Source of the DNA: Vicugna vicugna
Lineage: Eukaryota
Assembly (NCBI GenBank): GCA_013265495.1
Contig: MU058257.1
Span: 1,195,262-1,259,261, forward strand
Direction: 5' to 3'
Length of the DNA: 64,000 bases
In this document: positions 1 through 13,811 of the stretch, in pieces
How positions within the stretch are numbered: the stretch's first letter is position 1
How the letters are laid out: every line of letters starts with the position of its first letter
Program-made: the position numbers and the translations under genes
The notes under the pieces: model-generated
The model's input: only the letters and a program-made list of their open reading frames with translations
What the model was told of the DNA's origin: nothing
Databases searched by the model: none

Positions 1-35
1 TGATTCCCTTATTTTGCCCCCACCCCCACCCCAGA

Positions 36-175
36 TACTTCTTTGAAATAGTCATTTTAGTTCCTTCAGCTATATGTCCAGAAGGGGGATTGCTGAATCA
101 TGTGGTAGTTCTGTTTTTATTTTTTGGAGGAATCTCCATACTGTTTTCCATAGTGTCTGGACCAACTTACATTCG
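36..175 (-). mobile_element. L1 fragment (ORF2 3' region)
   Basis: gaagggggattgctgaatcatgtggtagttctgtttttattttttggaggaatctccatactgttttccatagtg matches the antisense of the conserved L1 ORF2 3' end. Confidence 0.85.
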
Positions 176-224
176 GGGAAGACTTCTTAAAAGCAGGAGT
201 AGTTGAAGAAAAAAACTCTTTCAC

Positions 225-490
225 GTTCCCTCCTTCCTGATGCTTGGAACTCAGATGTGATGGCTGGAGCTCCAGCAGTCATCTTGGGATCTCAAGAATC
301 AAGCCACACTCTAGTATTGGAAATGAACTGCTGGTGCCCGAGTCCCTTGTGATACCACAGAGCTGCCACATCTGCCCTGGACTGACTCACTCACACTGCT
401 CGAACTGAGACAAGAAGCACTTCTTGGCTAAGCTAGCCTTGTTTTGAATTTTCTCTTATAGGAAGCCCAGCCTAATCCTACTTGATGAGA
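225..490 (+). mobile_element. MLT1 (MaLR) LTR, MLT1J/K-like
   Basis: cagatgtgatggctggagctccagcagtcatcttgg ... agctgccacatctgccctggactg ... cctaatccta, typical MLT1J-type blocks. Confidence 0.75.
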
Positions 491-1294
491 ACACCTCTCT
501 TGAATAGTCATCGTGAGGGTGAAATAATGTGTTAACATGTCTGGCATCTCGCAGGCTCTCAGGAAAGGTTCAGTCTGTTCTAGCTGCAACCAGCTTTTAT
601 TCCCAGTACACGCTAACCTCCTGCTGACCCTCGCTCCTTTTCCCCTTTTCCTCTCAGTATGAAACCACAAGAGGACCTCCTCCTCTCACTTCCGGTGGAG
701 AATTTCTTCCTGGTAATCAGAGCCGTCTATCTTCTGACATAAATTTCCCCTCCTTGCACCATTTTCTGCTTCCATCCTTGAAACCTCTCTACTGATTTAC
801 TGGGATTTCTGGACCCATGTGCCCCTCTTAGGGATGCAGAACCAATCTTGATTTTCCAACAATTAACCCAGAAATTTACTTTCCATTTCTCGTCAAGGCA
901 TAATCATTAATCACTCAAATAGCTCCCAATAGCCAAGACACACTCAAACATTCTTGTGCCTAAAGTTCTAATTTACAGTGTGAATAACCTCACAGATCAG
1001 ATCTGGCAAATTCCCTGGTCCAGAGAGAGTCAGAAAACTTTATTCTCAATTTGGGAAACAGAAAAATACCTAACTGCCCGTCTGAAGTACTGAGGACCCC
1101 TCTACCTATCACTCGACTACGTTCTCTTGGTGGACTGGGAGTCTGAGACTATGACCAGGGCAGCGCCTACTTCTTGAATGGTTGGAATGAAATTCAGGTA
1201 ATCAATCAACATGACGATTTGATCAAATTGGACCAGTTGTTAAATTAAAAAGCAAAACAACTGTTTGAATTCAAAATTCAATTTTGCCTGCAAA

Positions 1295-1450
1295 TGTATA
1301 TGCAATGAAAAGGGGGATAAATTGTATTCACCATAGCATTTGTTTTAATACTGAAAAATTGGAAACAACTTAAATGTAGCAAGAGATGCATGAGTTGTGT
1401 TACAACCATAGACAGAACCATCAGTTATAAAGTTATGTTTATAAAGTGGA
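1295..1450 (+). mobile_element. Ancient L1M 3' fragment
   Basis: attcaccatagcatttgttttaatactgaaaaattggaaacaacttaaatgt resembles the L1M ORF2 end. Confidence 0.55.
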
Positions 1451-1559
1451 CAGTAGCAAGGAAAGCATTTGTAATCATGGGAAAACAAAATAGACAGGTG
1501 ACAGAAGCAGTGTGAGCATTCAGTGTCGATTTTTGTGTGTGGTGTGAGACAGGGTCAGT

Positions 1560-1825
1560 CTTGATCCTCCCAGTCCTGGAAACCCTCTCTTCTCATGGCC
1601 TTCAACGCCAGCCGCCCTCCAGTTCTCATCCGATCTCACTTCAAATTCCTTCTGTTTCTAAAAAAAGTGTTGCTTCCTTTTCTGCGGGTCTCCATTGTAA
1701 TTATTGATTCAATTTTGACTCCCTCACTTGATTGTAAGTTTGAGAATGGAAGCTTCCTCTGACTTTATGTTCATCAAAGCCTCTGACACAGCCTGGAACT
1801 CTGGGCATTAATCCATGTTTACACC
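1560..1825 (+). mobile_element. L2 fragments
   Basis: ctggaaaccctctcttctcatggccttc... and ttgtaagtttgagaatgg...gacacagcctggaac, degenerate L2 body and 3' end. Confidence 0.45.
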
Positions 1826-2189
1826 AAAACTAAGATGGCATCAGAAAAAGGCCTGAAAGTAAACTATAGAATGTGTTTACATGTGTGTCTTTGTGTGGGG
1901 GTGGGGGGTTGTACACACAGATATATAGAGCGAGATAGGTAGATTTTGCCTTTTTCCTACTTGTATTTTTTACAGTAAAGATACATGGAAATAATAGGAA
2001 AATATCTGTATTTAAGGAAAAGAGGTAAAATTTTGACAAGGGGAATAAGTCACTGCACTGACAACCTCACTGGACTGTGAGATCACATGACAGCATGTAA
2101 TTGAAAGCAACTTTTATTAAAAGTGCTGTACAAATGCAGGGCAAAGCTCTACACAGACCTCAGCAGACAATGCCCTCGTCAGCATCTCG

Positions 2190-2292
2190 TAAACCGAGTT
2201 CCTCCAGGGAAGGTCCCGTTTCATGTGTGTCTCCAGCGCCCGCACAATGCCTGGCATACAGCACATCTGAATTCTTTTGTGTATTAAATGAA
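2190..2292 (+). mobile_element. L2 3' end
   Basis: tgtctccagcgcccgcacaatgcctggcatacag...aaatgaa, typical L2 terminus. Confidence 0.65.
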
Positions 2293-5084
2293 CACATCTT
2301 GAGCTGCTCCCCTGGGCCAGACCACGCGTGGCACCCGAGAACACGGAAAACACCTGCCATCAGGACCTCTGGTGCAGCTGAAACAGGGAAGAGGTTTGGA
2401 ATAGGTTCATGTGGCGCAAAATCAAATCTGCTTGTGCTAGTGACATGTTGTCGTTTCAAAAATTCACTTATGATGACAATAGAATATATTTCAATTTTAA
2501 AGAAAGGTGGAGAAAAACTAAGGAAACATTAGCCAAACCAAAGCCTCGTCAGTAGCTGGAGGGTCTCTACTCCTAAGAGAACTGCCCAGGAGTCCGCCAG
2601 GAGCCCTCCAGGAGCCCAATGATGAGTGAGACTGGCTCCCGCCCTGGGAAAGGACAGAGGCTAGTTGAGAGGGGGCTAGACAGACACAGATACTTCTGAC
2701 CAAAGGCAGGCTGCGAGGAACATTGGAAGCGGGGCTTGAACAAAGTGCAGAGCGAGTTCGGGGTAGGGCAGGGTTATAAGGAGCACATCTCGTTATCTCA
2801 GGGAGGCTCTGCTCACACCTGCCCGTCTGGCCACCTAGGCTGGGACAGCTTTGCAAAGAGATCGGAGAGTCTGTGTGCCCACCTCCCGGCCCACAACCCT
2901 GGGAAGATGGTGACTCTGGGAGTCGTCTCTGAATGCTCCCGTGGATGTGCTGGATGGGCTCTGAGTGTAGTGGGTTTTCCTTTTCTTCTAGAACAGGTTA
3001 GACCAGCACCACTGGGCAGGAGGGGATCCTGAGGACCAACTAGTCCAGCCTCCCAATTGGCGCTTCATTATTTGTTCAGTTCTTTGGTTCTTCCACCCAT
3101 GAGCCTGTGTCCACATTCAAGGACCAGCGTCTTTCAAATCCACCCTCCAGGAGACCCTTGGATTTTTGAAGTTACCCACATTTCAAGGAAAAGTAGGAGG
3201 AACGAACATTCAATTAAATATAACTTAGACAATCTGTTTTATCAAAGCAGGTTGATCATAAATCAGAGGGATAGATGCCGTCCAAATCACATACACAAGA
3301 CGGGAACTTGGCAACGGCCCCGTCTTGGCACGCTGTCGTCCCAGGTCTACACGAGGTCGGATGGTAATTCATTTCCTGAAATGACATAATCCTGCCGTCT
3401 GTAACCAAATGGTTATTTATCTTCAAGTACAGAAGCATGTCACTTCAGCTAAACTTGATATTTGGAAATCCAAGTTTACGCACGGGTGACTTGTGGCTGT
3501 ACCATAGGACCAGCTCCCTTACAGAGGGACACTCTCTAAAATAGGATTTCATTCATGAAAAATAAAAATCCTTTTTCACCACCTTTCCTGGAGCAGAGCA
3601 CGTCCATGGAGCCGAATATGCCTCCACCAAAAAACCCTTCCCACCGCGGTCAGCAGATCATGATTGTGCCAAGGCAGGTTCCAAAATTCCGCGTGGTAAA
3701 AGGCTTTGCTCTGCCAAGCCAGATTGCTGGAGGTCAATTAAAACTTCCTTTCAAATGACTGTAATTAATAACAGATTTTTTTTCCTGTTATTGACCCAGG
3801 CATCAATGCAGCCTTGAAAAATAGCCAAAACAGATTTCTGTGATGCCCACAGAGTTTTCCTCCATGGCATCGACATAAGCCTAACTCCAGATTTCTGGCC
3901 AAGTTTGTTCCAGCAAAGCGGGCCCACGCACACGTGTAAAATAAACTCGGAGACTGTTCAGCAAGCTGCTGGGGGTGGCACCTACTAAGTGACCATCCCT
4001 CCCCTCCGCGAGCTGAAGTGTGATCATTTCTCTGTTCACCTCATTTGTATTATCTAGTCAAAAATGCACAGCCTTGGGTGACGTTTGAAGCTATGATCGT
4101 GTTAAGACTTTTTCCATGAGAAGCCAGACCCAGGATGGGTGTCTTCACTGAGCTCACATTACACGACGTTACATAACGATAAAGGATGCAGGATGGTGCA
4201 CACACTATTTGAATACGTTGAGGAAACGCTTTGTCTGTGTATAAAAGTCCATGCATTTATTTAACAAACACTTAGCAAACACTAAGACGACAAGGTAAGA
4301 AGAAACTTACCCTTTGGGTAGAAAGAGAGAAACTTGAGGTAGAAGGGAGGACTGGATTCGACACTCTCTGGGAGAAACGGGTGGACCCTCCGGAGAGAGG
4401 TTGACTCTGGGGCCAGAGGACGGATAGACTCTGTGCGCATTTAATGTAAAATGTTAGGAGAGCATCTCCCCAGGTGACTCAGTAAACACCATGCCTCTCT
4501 TATCCAAACGTGAGAGCTTTCAAACGATAGTATCCTTAGCAGAGATACAAAATCTATTGTTTTTCTCCTAAGATTGAAAGTATGTTTGGAAGAACCTGGG
4601 TGACGAGTTACCCTGAAAGCTCCTTTTTCCCCACAACAAGGTCTTACTTCGTGCAGACACCTGACACCAGACGGCCCCTCCCACGCTCCGCAGCGCGCTC
4701 ACCTTTCCACCGTCAGTTTTATGCTGCAGGTGAGCTGATAGGATGTACTTTCCCCTTTTCTCTTTTGAGGAAGAGAGTGACAGCTGGCCCCAGCACAAGG
4801 CAGTGCCATCTGTATGCATTAGACTAAGCCAATTTAATTTTTAGGATAATAGGACTTTCCAAGCCTTCAAAGCTGAAGTCAGAGAAAAGGGTGGGGGTGA
4901 GACCAACGTAGGCGCACTTGGATGCTGGAAGTGATTTTCTGCCTTATGTAAACTATTAAGACAATGGAAACTACCAATATCACTGCATTCAGTCCATAAG
5001 ACCCTGCTTTGTAGCTGTATCCGAGTGTATATGACAGCACAGGGAAGGCTGAAGAGTAAGGTGGGCTGCTGAAGACACACACTC

Positions 5085-5140
5085 TGCGGCGGGCTGGGCT
5101 TCTGGGCGGGGGCGGGGAGTTTGAACATCACGACGTCTCA
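5085..5140. promoter_or_regulatory. GC-box cluster, candidate promoter
   Basis: ggcgggctgggcttctgggcgggggcggggag (overlapping SP/KLF boxes) next to cacgacgtc; AP-1 TGAGTCA about 130 bp to the right. Confidence 0.3.
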
Positions 5141-8100
5141 GGGAATCAGGAACAGCCAGCAAATCCAACAAGCTGTCAACATGGGACACTGTTCTGTGTC
5201 CCCTTCGGAAAGGCACAGGCAGGATCGATGAAATTGGGCTTTAATTAGGACATGAGTCAATCAGGAGACTAAATTCCAAGTCTAGCAGGTCCAAAACTAG
5301 CCCCACCCCCCCACACGCACAAAAGAAAGCTCAGTTAGACATTGTCTTCCGGGCCTCCTCTCACACGGAAGCATCTGCCTAATTAGAAAAGGACATCATT
5401 CATCCAAGACGAAGCAGGAGCCCCGTCCACATGCAAAACGCGGTGGGGGGATTGTGTACGACTCCCAGGAACACGGAGTCACACAGCCTTCGATGAAATT
5501 CTCACTGCCTCCCACTTGCAGGGCCGCTGGAAGGGAGCTGTCCCTCTCTTTTAACGAGCAGATGCTCCTCCCAGCTGAGCGAGGGGTGTGTGATTTGGGG
5601 GAACTGAAGGCACGCTTGGCTTCCTTTTTCTGTGTCTATCATATTTTCCAAATTCATTTGTCTTGAATTGGTCCAGCCTAAAATTTAATTGGCTTCCTAG
5701 GAGGTAAAAGTAGGTCTTAGAACTGTGGTACTGAATTTTTCAAGTGCAAAACAGAAAAATTAAATGAGGCAGGCTCGTGTATTCAAATGTGCTGGCTCTA
5801 GTCCACGGTCTCCCCAACGTGTGTGTGGTTGGAGCCCGGCTACACACCTTTCCTTTGAAGGTGCCCAGAGAATTATCACACCCGTGACCATATTAGGCAG
5901 CTTGTCATCCGGCCTGGAGGAAGGAAGATTACCTACATTACAACTCTGCGTTTTAACATCAGGAAAGCCAGCTCGTGTAGTCGCACATTTAGCATGAGTC
6001 CCTCACCTAAGAACATCTATTAAGAACCCGCCAGCACATGCGGCTGAACTGAGGGCTGAGCAGAGCTCACCTCTGTCTGAGGAGGCTGAAATGTCTACCT
6101 GCACAGAATGTACCATGAAAGACGATCATTTGTTCACAAAATGCAGTTTTCATGTGCAGACTAAATTTTTAATGAGATATTTTACTATTCTCTACCAAAA
6201 TGTCATTCCTAGAATGTTCTGAAGAGGCAAGCAGACAGGTAGCATCCAGACCCACTCATTTTTTTTTCTCAGTTCAACTTGCCTTTTTATATTAAGGTTG
6301 TCATGCTTTCTGCTAATAAACTGGCTCTGTGTGCAGGAATGCCTCCAGTTACCCGTGACGGGTTGGTGGAATTGCTCGAGCTTCATCTTCAAAGATCTTT
6401 CCTCATCTGAGAGCAAAACCCCAACCTAGAGATGGGTCCCCCCCCCCCCGCACCGTGAAAGGTCAGGGGAATGACTCAATCTACAAATCAAAGGAAAATG
6501 GTAAAAATGGCCCAGCCAGGAGCATTCCTCCTGTCTCTTTCCCAATGTCCTTTATGGGATGCAGCCCGGGCCCTCGAGATACTTGGAAGGGAAAATATCC
6601 TGTGTCCAATGTCTCTGCGGGAAATGATTGTAGGGCAAGAGATCACCCACCCTCGTAGGAACTCGCTGAGGCAGAGACCGGGTTCTCCAAAGGGGAGCTG
6701 GAAAATTGTTCCTCCATCTTTGCTCCTGACCCCCACGCCTTTCTCCTTCCAAGTGCCTCCCTTTGTTTGACCTCTAAAACCGACCTCAAATATCCTCTCT
6801 CTGTGTGGTCTGAACTCCCCTCTCCATTAACTTAGAATGTGATACAGCCGTTCTGTCCGCCCATCTTTACCTTTTCCAAGATATGCCTCAAGGGAATTCC
6901 TCCCCTCTTTCACTGCCAAGAGTTCCATTTGCAACTTGGACAGAAATGCCACAATGCCTGTCTTCTCCCCACTCTCTGCTCTGTGTTGTTCGGAGCGCAC
7001 GCACACTGAACTGAAGAGCACTGAGCGGTCGGGAGAGCCAGTCACAGCCATGCTCCGCCTGCAGCTGACTGCGCTGCCCCCTGGGGCTGGCCATCTCTCT
7101 GGAGATGACCTTCTCCTTGGAGATGGCCAGACAGGACAGGCGGGGGCATCCCACAGGCACCGGGACCCAGCTTTGGGTCACAAATGGACCTGCCCAACAG
7201 CATCAGTAAGTAGCTTGCCAGACTGGTTTGGGGACTTGGGCTGGACCTGCAGGCAACGGTCAGTGGGTATCGATAGGAGAGTGGATCAAAGGGAAGGAGA
7301 CACAGCATGACAGGAAATCGTGCAGATCTTAAGAGAGCACCTGATCTGTTTCCACAGTGTCCATGCTGCCAACATCTATCCTGAGCGAGTGTTGCGTAAA
7401 ACAGAAAATGCCTAATTAAATACAGATTAATCCACCCCTTGTCTCTCCACTCTGCCTCCTCCTCCCCTTCCCCCACCTCCAGGTGTCCCAGCACTGTTGC
7501 TGATGGTTCTAGAACCTTCTCCCCACCAGTCTACCCTTGCTCCTTCAGCAATGCATCCCCCTCACCAACCGCAGGGGCTGTTAGAGACAGCTAATAGTCA
7601 CAGTCCTGTTCATCTGCTGAATGCACAAGGAATGTCCTAAAGACACTTTCTTCCACTAAGATGCTCTGGCTGGACCACACTAGCCGATGCCATCATCCTG
7701 CTCACAGAGAGCAGGGGCACGTGGCCCGAGGGACGCGAGGGCCTGACCTGCTACTGCCTGATGCGCAGCTGGGCGGGGCTCATCGTGGTAGTGGGGAACG
7801 GCACCCCCATTCCTACCTGCATGCACAGTGTACCTGCTCAGACAGCTTCAACCTGATGTCCACGTGCGGTAGCCTTCACACCCAGGACCACGTCCTGCCC
7901 CTGCACAGGCAGGTCCTGGTGATCCAGCTAGAGGGCAGCACCGGCTTCTCCATCACCTACCTCCTGGCACCTCAGCAACTAGGCAGCCTCCAGGGGCAGC
8001 CACAGCCCCCCAGTCATGCCCAAGTTCACTGGCCTGCATGGGCCCCGGCCTCGTGACCGCCCCACGCCTACATGCCTGCCCCCACATGCACTTTATGAGG

Positions 8101-10301
8101 GAGACCCCAACACAGGACACTTGAACCAGAATCCCAGGACCTGATGTAGGGAGTGCCAGCCGTGGGGTGCAGCTTCCCCTGGGCCTTCCTCCTGTCCAGG
8201 GCCCCCCAGCCACCAGGAAGAATCCCTCGAACTGTCCTGTAGCTCAGAGGGGCTGTGCGGCAGCCCCTCTGACCAGCCCACCTTGAGGTCGGGCTCAGAC
8301 CACTAGGGCCTCTTGCTTGAGGCGGGCAGCCAAGAGCTCCATTCACAGAACCAAATCTGGGTGGTTTAAAGGCCAGGACCCCAGGGTGAGAGCAGGGACC
8401 ACTCCCCTAGTGGGGCATGAGGTCAGGAGCCTTTTCTCCCCAGTTTGGCCCTGGTACCCATCTCCCCACTCAGCCCCCATGAGGCACGTGTGAGTCCCCG
8501 GAGTCCGGCTGTTTGCCGGGGGAAGCAGGGGTGGGGAGGGAGCGCCAGCCAGGATTGAAGCGGTGTCCCGGGCTGGGGTGGGGGCGGCCGTCAGGTGGGC
8601 CTGGGCCCGGCTCTGCTGCTGGGAGAGGCAGTTTGTCCTCGGCACCACCTGACCTCTGCCGGGAGGACCACAGCCCAGCAGGACTCCTTGGCCAGCCCTG
8701 TCCAGGCACACACAGGTTGCGGCCCCTCCCAGCCTCTCCCCACCTCAGAAGCCCAGCATCCTCCCCACGGCTACTCTGCCCTGAGTTCTGTGTCTGCCCA
8801 GGGACGTCTGAGACCAGCTTCCCCAAGGCGCGCCCGGCCCCACTGCCCTGCGTCTCCAGGTAGCAGGGGGCCCTGCCCACTCCCTCACTTCCCGTGGGGC
8901 TCGCAGGGGGTGGGTTTACACCTGCAGAAGCACCCAGAAGCACCAGACTACCCCCTTGGGCCTCCTTTATACTTCTCCTTTTCCCTGGGCTGTGAGCATT
9001 TTTAACCCTGTACATACGGCAGCTCTTCTGACACAGACACTGTTTTATCAGTTGTCAGTACCAGCCCTGTAGGGTGACTCCACAGGTGTTCCCAGACTCA
9101 GGCTACAAAGGACCAAATAAAAGTGTTTTGTTTTCTAAGGTTAAAAAAAAAAAAAAAGACGCACTGGCTGGCTGCGTGTGTGTGAGACCAGCTGGGAAAG
9201 ATGCAGATAAAACACAGAAGGGAAGGGGCTTTTGGAGATGGTGTCTAGGAATCCAGGGGGACCAGAACGAGTAAACACGCATTAGCTTAACCAGTTCCAG
9301 AAGGCCGATGGCGCAATGAAGAAGTCTGGGGTTAAGGACTGATGATTACAATATGGCGCAGAGCAGTCTGCGGACTGATCCTCCCTGAGCCATTTGGTGA
9401 GTGTGATGTGCGGCTGCGCGAAGGTGGCTTTGAGTGATGGCCATGTTCACCTCCCTGAGTTTAACTGGCAGATTTCTTTTTCCTGGTAATTTTATTTTTC
9501 TCTTTATTTCTAATTCCTGATGTCTGATTAAAAGCAATGAAATCAACCCATCTTAAATCGTGTTGAGTGTTGTTAGCCCTCTGCTGGCCTGCAGTTAACT
9601 ATCCAGGCCCTCTTCAGCACCCCAGCAGTGACCGAAATGCAACTTGCTTTGCTTAACGTTACAGTGCAGTCCATTTTGCTAAAGGGCAGAGCCTGTAATG
9701 AACTCAAAAATGGAATGAAATCTGTGTTGTTAGTAGTAAAATAAATGTCTTTTTATCTTTCTCAGGCCAAAGAGACTTTTTCCCCAAAACCTTTTAATTT
9801 GGCTCCGCTCTGCAAAACTATCCCATTTCCTTCTCTTCACTGGAAGATGGTGTTTTTTTAATTTAAAAACTGGTGTGGGCACTTTTATTTCTCAACCCAA
9901 GCCTTCAAAGCCTGGGTCCCAGCAAGCGTCACTGTCCCCTTACTGTGGTTGTTCACCGTCTCATCACGGGACATGCGGCCACCTCCTTCCGAGCAGCTCA
10001 CTGTCAGCAGCAGTCACAGCTTCCAGGAAGACGCCGCCGACTGACACTTCATTCGCTGTAGGACGCACGTGTTCAAACTGAAGGGAACCAGTCAAAGCGA
10101 ATTTGGTGTTAAAATCCCAGGAAGAAAGGAAAACCTATCTATTGATATTTACTTGGCGGTAGAAAAATATTCTTTTAAATCAATCAATGAAACGACAACA
10201 CAAACTTTCTTAGAGATGCATGAACTGCATGGAAACATCACTGGCCCTATGCTAATTTTGTGATTATCTCAAATTTCTCTGGATAAAATTAATTTAAATT
10301 T

Positions 10302-10321
10302 GTGTGTGTGTGTGTGTGTGT
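10302..10321. repeat. (TG)n microsatellite
   Basis: about 10 TG units seen directly. Confidence 0.95.
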
Positions 10322-10392
10322 TCACAGGCACACATCTGTAGGTTTTGAAGAGCACCTGCAGAAAGAAAAAGCAGTGACTTGAAAAGCCATGC

Positions 10393-10620
10393 GGTGGGAG
10401 CAGAGCTCAGTGGTAGAGCACGTGCTTAGCATGCATGAGGTCCTGGGTTCCATCCCCAGCACCTCCACTGAAATCAGTAAATAAATAAATAAACCTAATC
10501 CTCCCAAATAAATACAATTTTAAAAAGAAAGAAAGAAAGAACTTTTTTTTACAAGTAAGCATACCAACAAAAAAATTTTTTTAAGAAAATGTTAAAAAAA
10601 AGAAAAGGAAAAAGAAAAGC
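10393..10620 (+). mobile_element. tRNA-Ala-derived SINE (Vic-1-like, camelid)
   Basis: agctcagtggtagagcacgtgcttagcatgcatgaggtcctgggttccatccccagcacctcca (tRNA-Ala-AGC-like A/B boxes), taaa repeats, long A-rich tail; approximate TSD gaaaagccatg / gaaaagcaacatg. Confidence 0.9.
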
Positions 10621-13600
10621 AACATGAAGCCAAACAGTCTGAGAAATAAACAAAATCGGAAATTATTGGACGAAAAAAATGTGCACCCATCTTTGTCCCT
10701 CACTTTTTGAACATGATTTCAGTGCTCTTCTTTCTCCTGTGATCGCCTCCTGCTTAGCAGGGGACAACTTCAATGTGAAATAGGACAAAGCAAGATCCAG
10801 TCACCCTGGCCTGGGGACCATGGCCGTAGCACAGGGCGTCAGGTCAGTGCCTGGCCAAGGGCACGGGGTCTTGTCGCCCCCAGACAGCAGGCCACAGCAG
10901 GCCACAGCCGGCGGCCCTGCCACCTGCCTGGCCACTGCACAGTCCCTCTGAAATAGAGCCATCCTGGACAGTGACAGCTGGCCCGCCCTGGAGGCGACAG
11001 CCCCATGCTGCCTCCCCCTGCCAGTCAGCGCCTGCAGAGGTGGGAAAAGCCACAGCATCTCATCTGCGACCCAGAGAAGCCCTTGCAGGGAGACCGCAGC
11101 CAAATCCCGGCTGGATCAGTGGTCTTGGTTTCAAAGCTGCCTTACTCGGCCTCACTCTGGCGGGAGCTTCAGAGGGATACGAACCACGCCCCTTCCCCAC
11201 AAACTGGCTTCTGACGGCAGCTGATGTCAGACCGTTTCAGCTCCCATCAGCTGAGTAAATATTTCTCCGGTAAGAAACTTCTGCCTTCCCCTTCCAGACC
11301 ATGAGTCATGTTCACTTTGGAATGAAATCTCTTGTAAGGGATACATTGTCTCTTCTCGGCTCCATTTACCCCGACGTCGCAGAAAAATGTTCATCAGAGA
11401 ATGCTACCCTGCTTCACTCATCGTGAGATGTTCCCATATCTGTGGGACAATGATGAGGATTTTCAAGGAGAATGGAGTCTGGTCCTGGGTCCACGGAGCA
11501 CTTACAAAATGAACTGACTTACCAGCTATTTGAATCTGGAACCAACAGCTCTCCCAGTTGGCACCTCCCCCGTCTGGCTATCTGGCCCATGAATTTACAG
11601 CATTAGCATCCCCCTGCTCACACCTTGCCTTCAACACAGAAGGGGAGAGGGGGCATCTAGTCTAATTTGTACTGGTCTAAGGCAACTCCAGTGCACTTAC
11701 GTCTTTGTGTAAAATGTCTTCCAAAACACCCATCTAAAGAATTTTCTCCCCCATCTACTTTGACTCCATTAAATTTAAAAAAACAAAAACTCAAATCTTC
11801 ATATCACATGTTGACCTGAATTTCCACGTGAATCGCTGAGGCGTACCATACATTATGCATCCATTATGTGCAATGTAGGAAGGGTCTCAGTGACACAAAG
11901 ACTAATTGGTAGAGCCATTCGGAAGAAAAGAAAGCAATCTGCTTCCTAAATATTTAGGACATTTAAAAAATACTTCACAAAATGTTCCTTTGGATCACGA
12001 TTTCTGTCTTAATATTACCATGTAAAGCTGATTTACTGTGTAAAGGACAAAACATCTGGTTACTTTCCACTCCCACAGTGGTCCACGAGCCCGGGGACAA
12101 TTATTTGTGGTTTAATGTATTTTGGCAAATAGATCTCAGGAAAACCTTATTCATGCCGCTTCACAGATTTTCTGTATCCTTTGGAAATTGATGTGTTTTA
12201 TAATACGCATTGAATAGCAAAATAACACTAAATTTTTCCTTCCTGATTCTAATAGACTGACTTTTTTTTTTCCAAAAAACCCTTGGAAATTTGTCACATA
12301 TTGGGTTTTTGAGAACCAGATGATCAGAATAATTATTCATTTCAAAAATGTTAAAGACCTACCACCTACTAGGCATGAAAAAGTAAGAAAACAAGGAGAA
12401 AAACTATGGTCTTTGTTTCACGAAGTTTCCTGACTACAAATGGCTGAAGACTGACTATCTTCCATTATCTGGTTCCCTAATGCTGGGTCCTTTCAGGAAA
12501 GAAAACATTGAGAAAGACGTCACAGACAGTGGGCAAGGCCAGGAAGGCTATCTGGCCATCTACCTGCTAAATTGCACTGCACTTGAACTTAAAGGAAAGA
12601 GAGAGAGGAGGAAAAAATACCTTTGAATGCAATAAGCCACTTCCAATATGTCAAACAGAGCGCATTTTATGTTGTTCACACCTTTTCTTACGACAGGTTT
12701 CTTTCAAAGGTAAGGTATATTTTTACACTAGCAATTCTTTTTAAGATCAGTAAATGCTGAGTTAAAAAAAAAATCTGCAGAGTGCCTAATTCGCATATGG
12801 ACATTTTAGGAGGGACGGAGTTGGTTAGACTCAGAAGACATTCAGCATTTTCTAAATGCAAACAGTTCAACACTTTTCTCAGGAGGAAAGCTAAAAGCTG
12901 GCTTGCATTTTCCCTTGCTGGAAACATCGGTGTATTCATTTTCTGAACATAAAATAATAATGATTTATAATAGCATCCCCTCCTAGGGTAGAATCTATTG
13001 GCTAGAATCGTATCACTAATGGAATTTGAGCTATTTTCACTTATTATTCCTAGTAGGACTCAGTTTTAGCTCTGGGCAAAATTGTTACGTAGGCAAAACT
13101 TAGCCCGGGCGCTCTCCCCTTTGGTAGGACTCTCCCCTGGTTGGGAATCCAGACTCATACCTACGAAGGTGTTTATAGTGAATACAGCAAAACGTTCAGT
13201 GTTACCTCTACCACGGTACTTGCACACTAATAAGGGATCTGTAACATTCCAGAAAACAGTTAAGTCTCTAAATTTGAGATATGGGGTCCTAACAGCCAGC
13301 CTGGAAGGAGTATTTGGTCCAGGAGTGCCAAGCAACGCCCTTCCTGGTCTTCCATGCCTCTGTCAAAGTGGAGGCTTACTCTTGTCTAAATGACAAAGCA
13401 CTCAATTTTAAATGTAAACCTAGCTACTACTTGTAAGTATATAATAGACCATGTGTTTTGTGCAGTGTTGATCTGTAATGTTGAACTGAAACATTTAGCC
13501 TAGTATATCTGATGACAAATGCAGCATTCCTAGCCTCCGTGCTTCTACAAAATACAGAAAGCAAGACACTTAGCACATTTTGTCCTTTGTGTATCTAAAG

Positions 13601-13811
13601 AAGATTTCCCTGAGCGGAGGAAGAGAAGACACTGTGTAGAGCTGCAGGCAGTCTCACTGGTGTCCTCGTCTGCAGGTGTCGGATTGCCGGGAAAGAACAA
13701 GAGAGCGTCCATGGACCTGACGGCCGAATCAAGTTTGCGTTTTCAGAGTCATTCCCGGAGAAAGAAGAGAGCAGGGTGAAATGACAAAGATTCAAAGTTC
13801 CACATTCAAGT

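Noticed and set aside
10393..10467. tRNA-Ala gene (also at 17032, 36777, 49072)
   Set aside because: Stem-disrupting changes, SINE tails and TSDs show these are SINE heads, not functional tRNA genes
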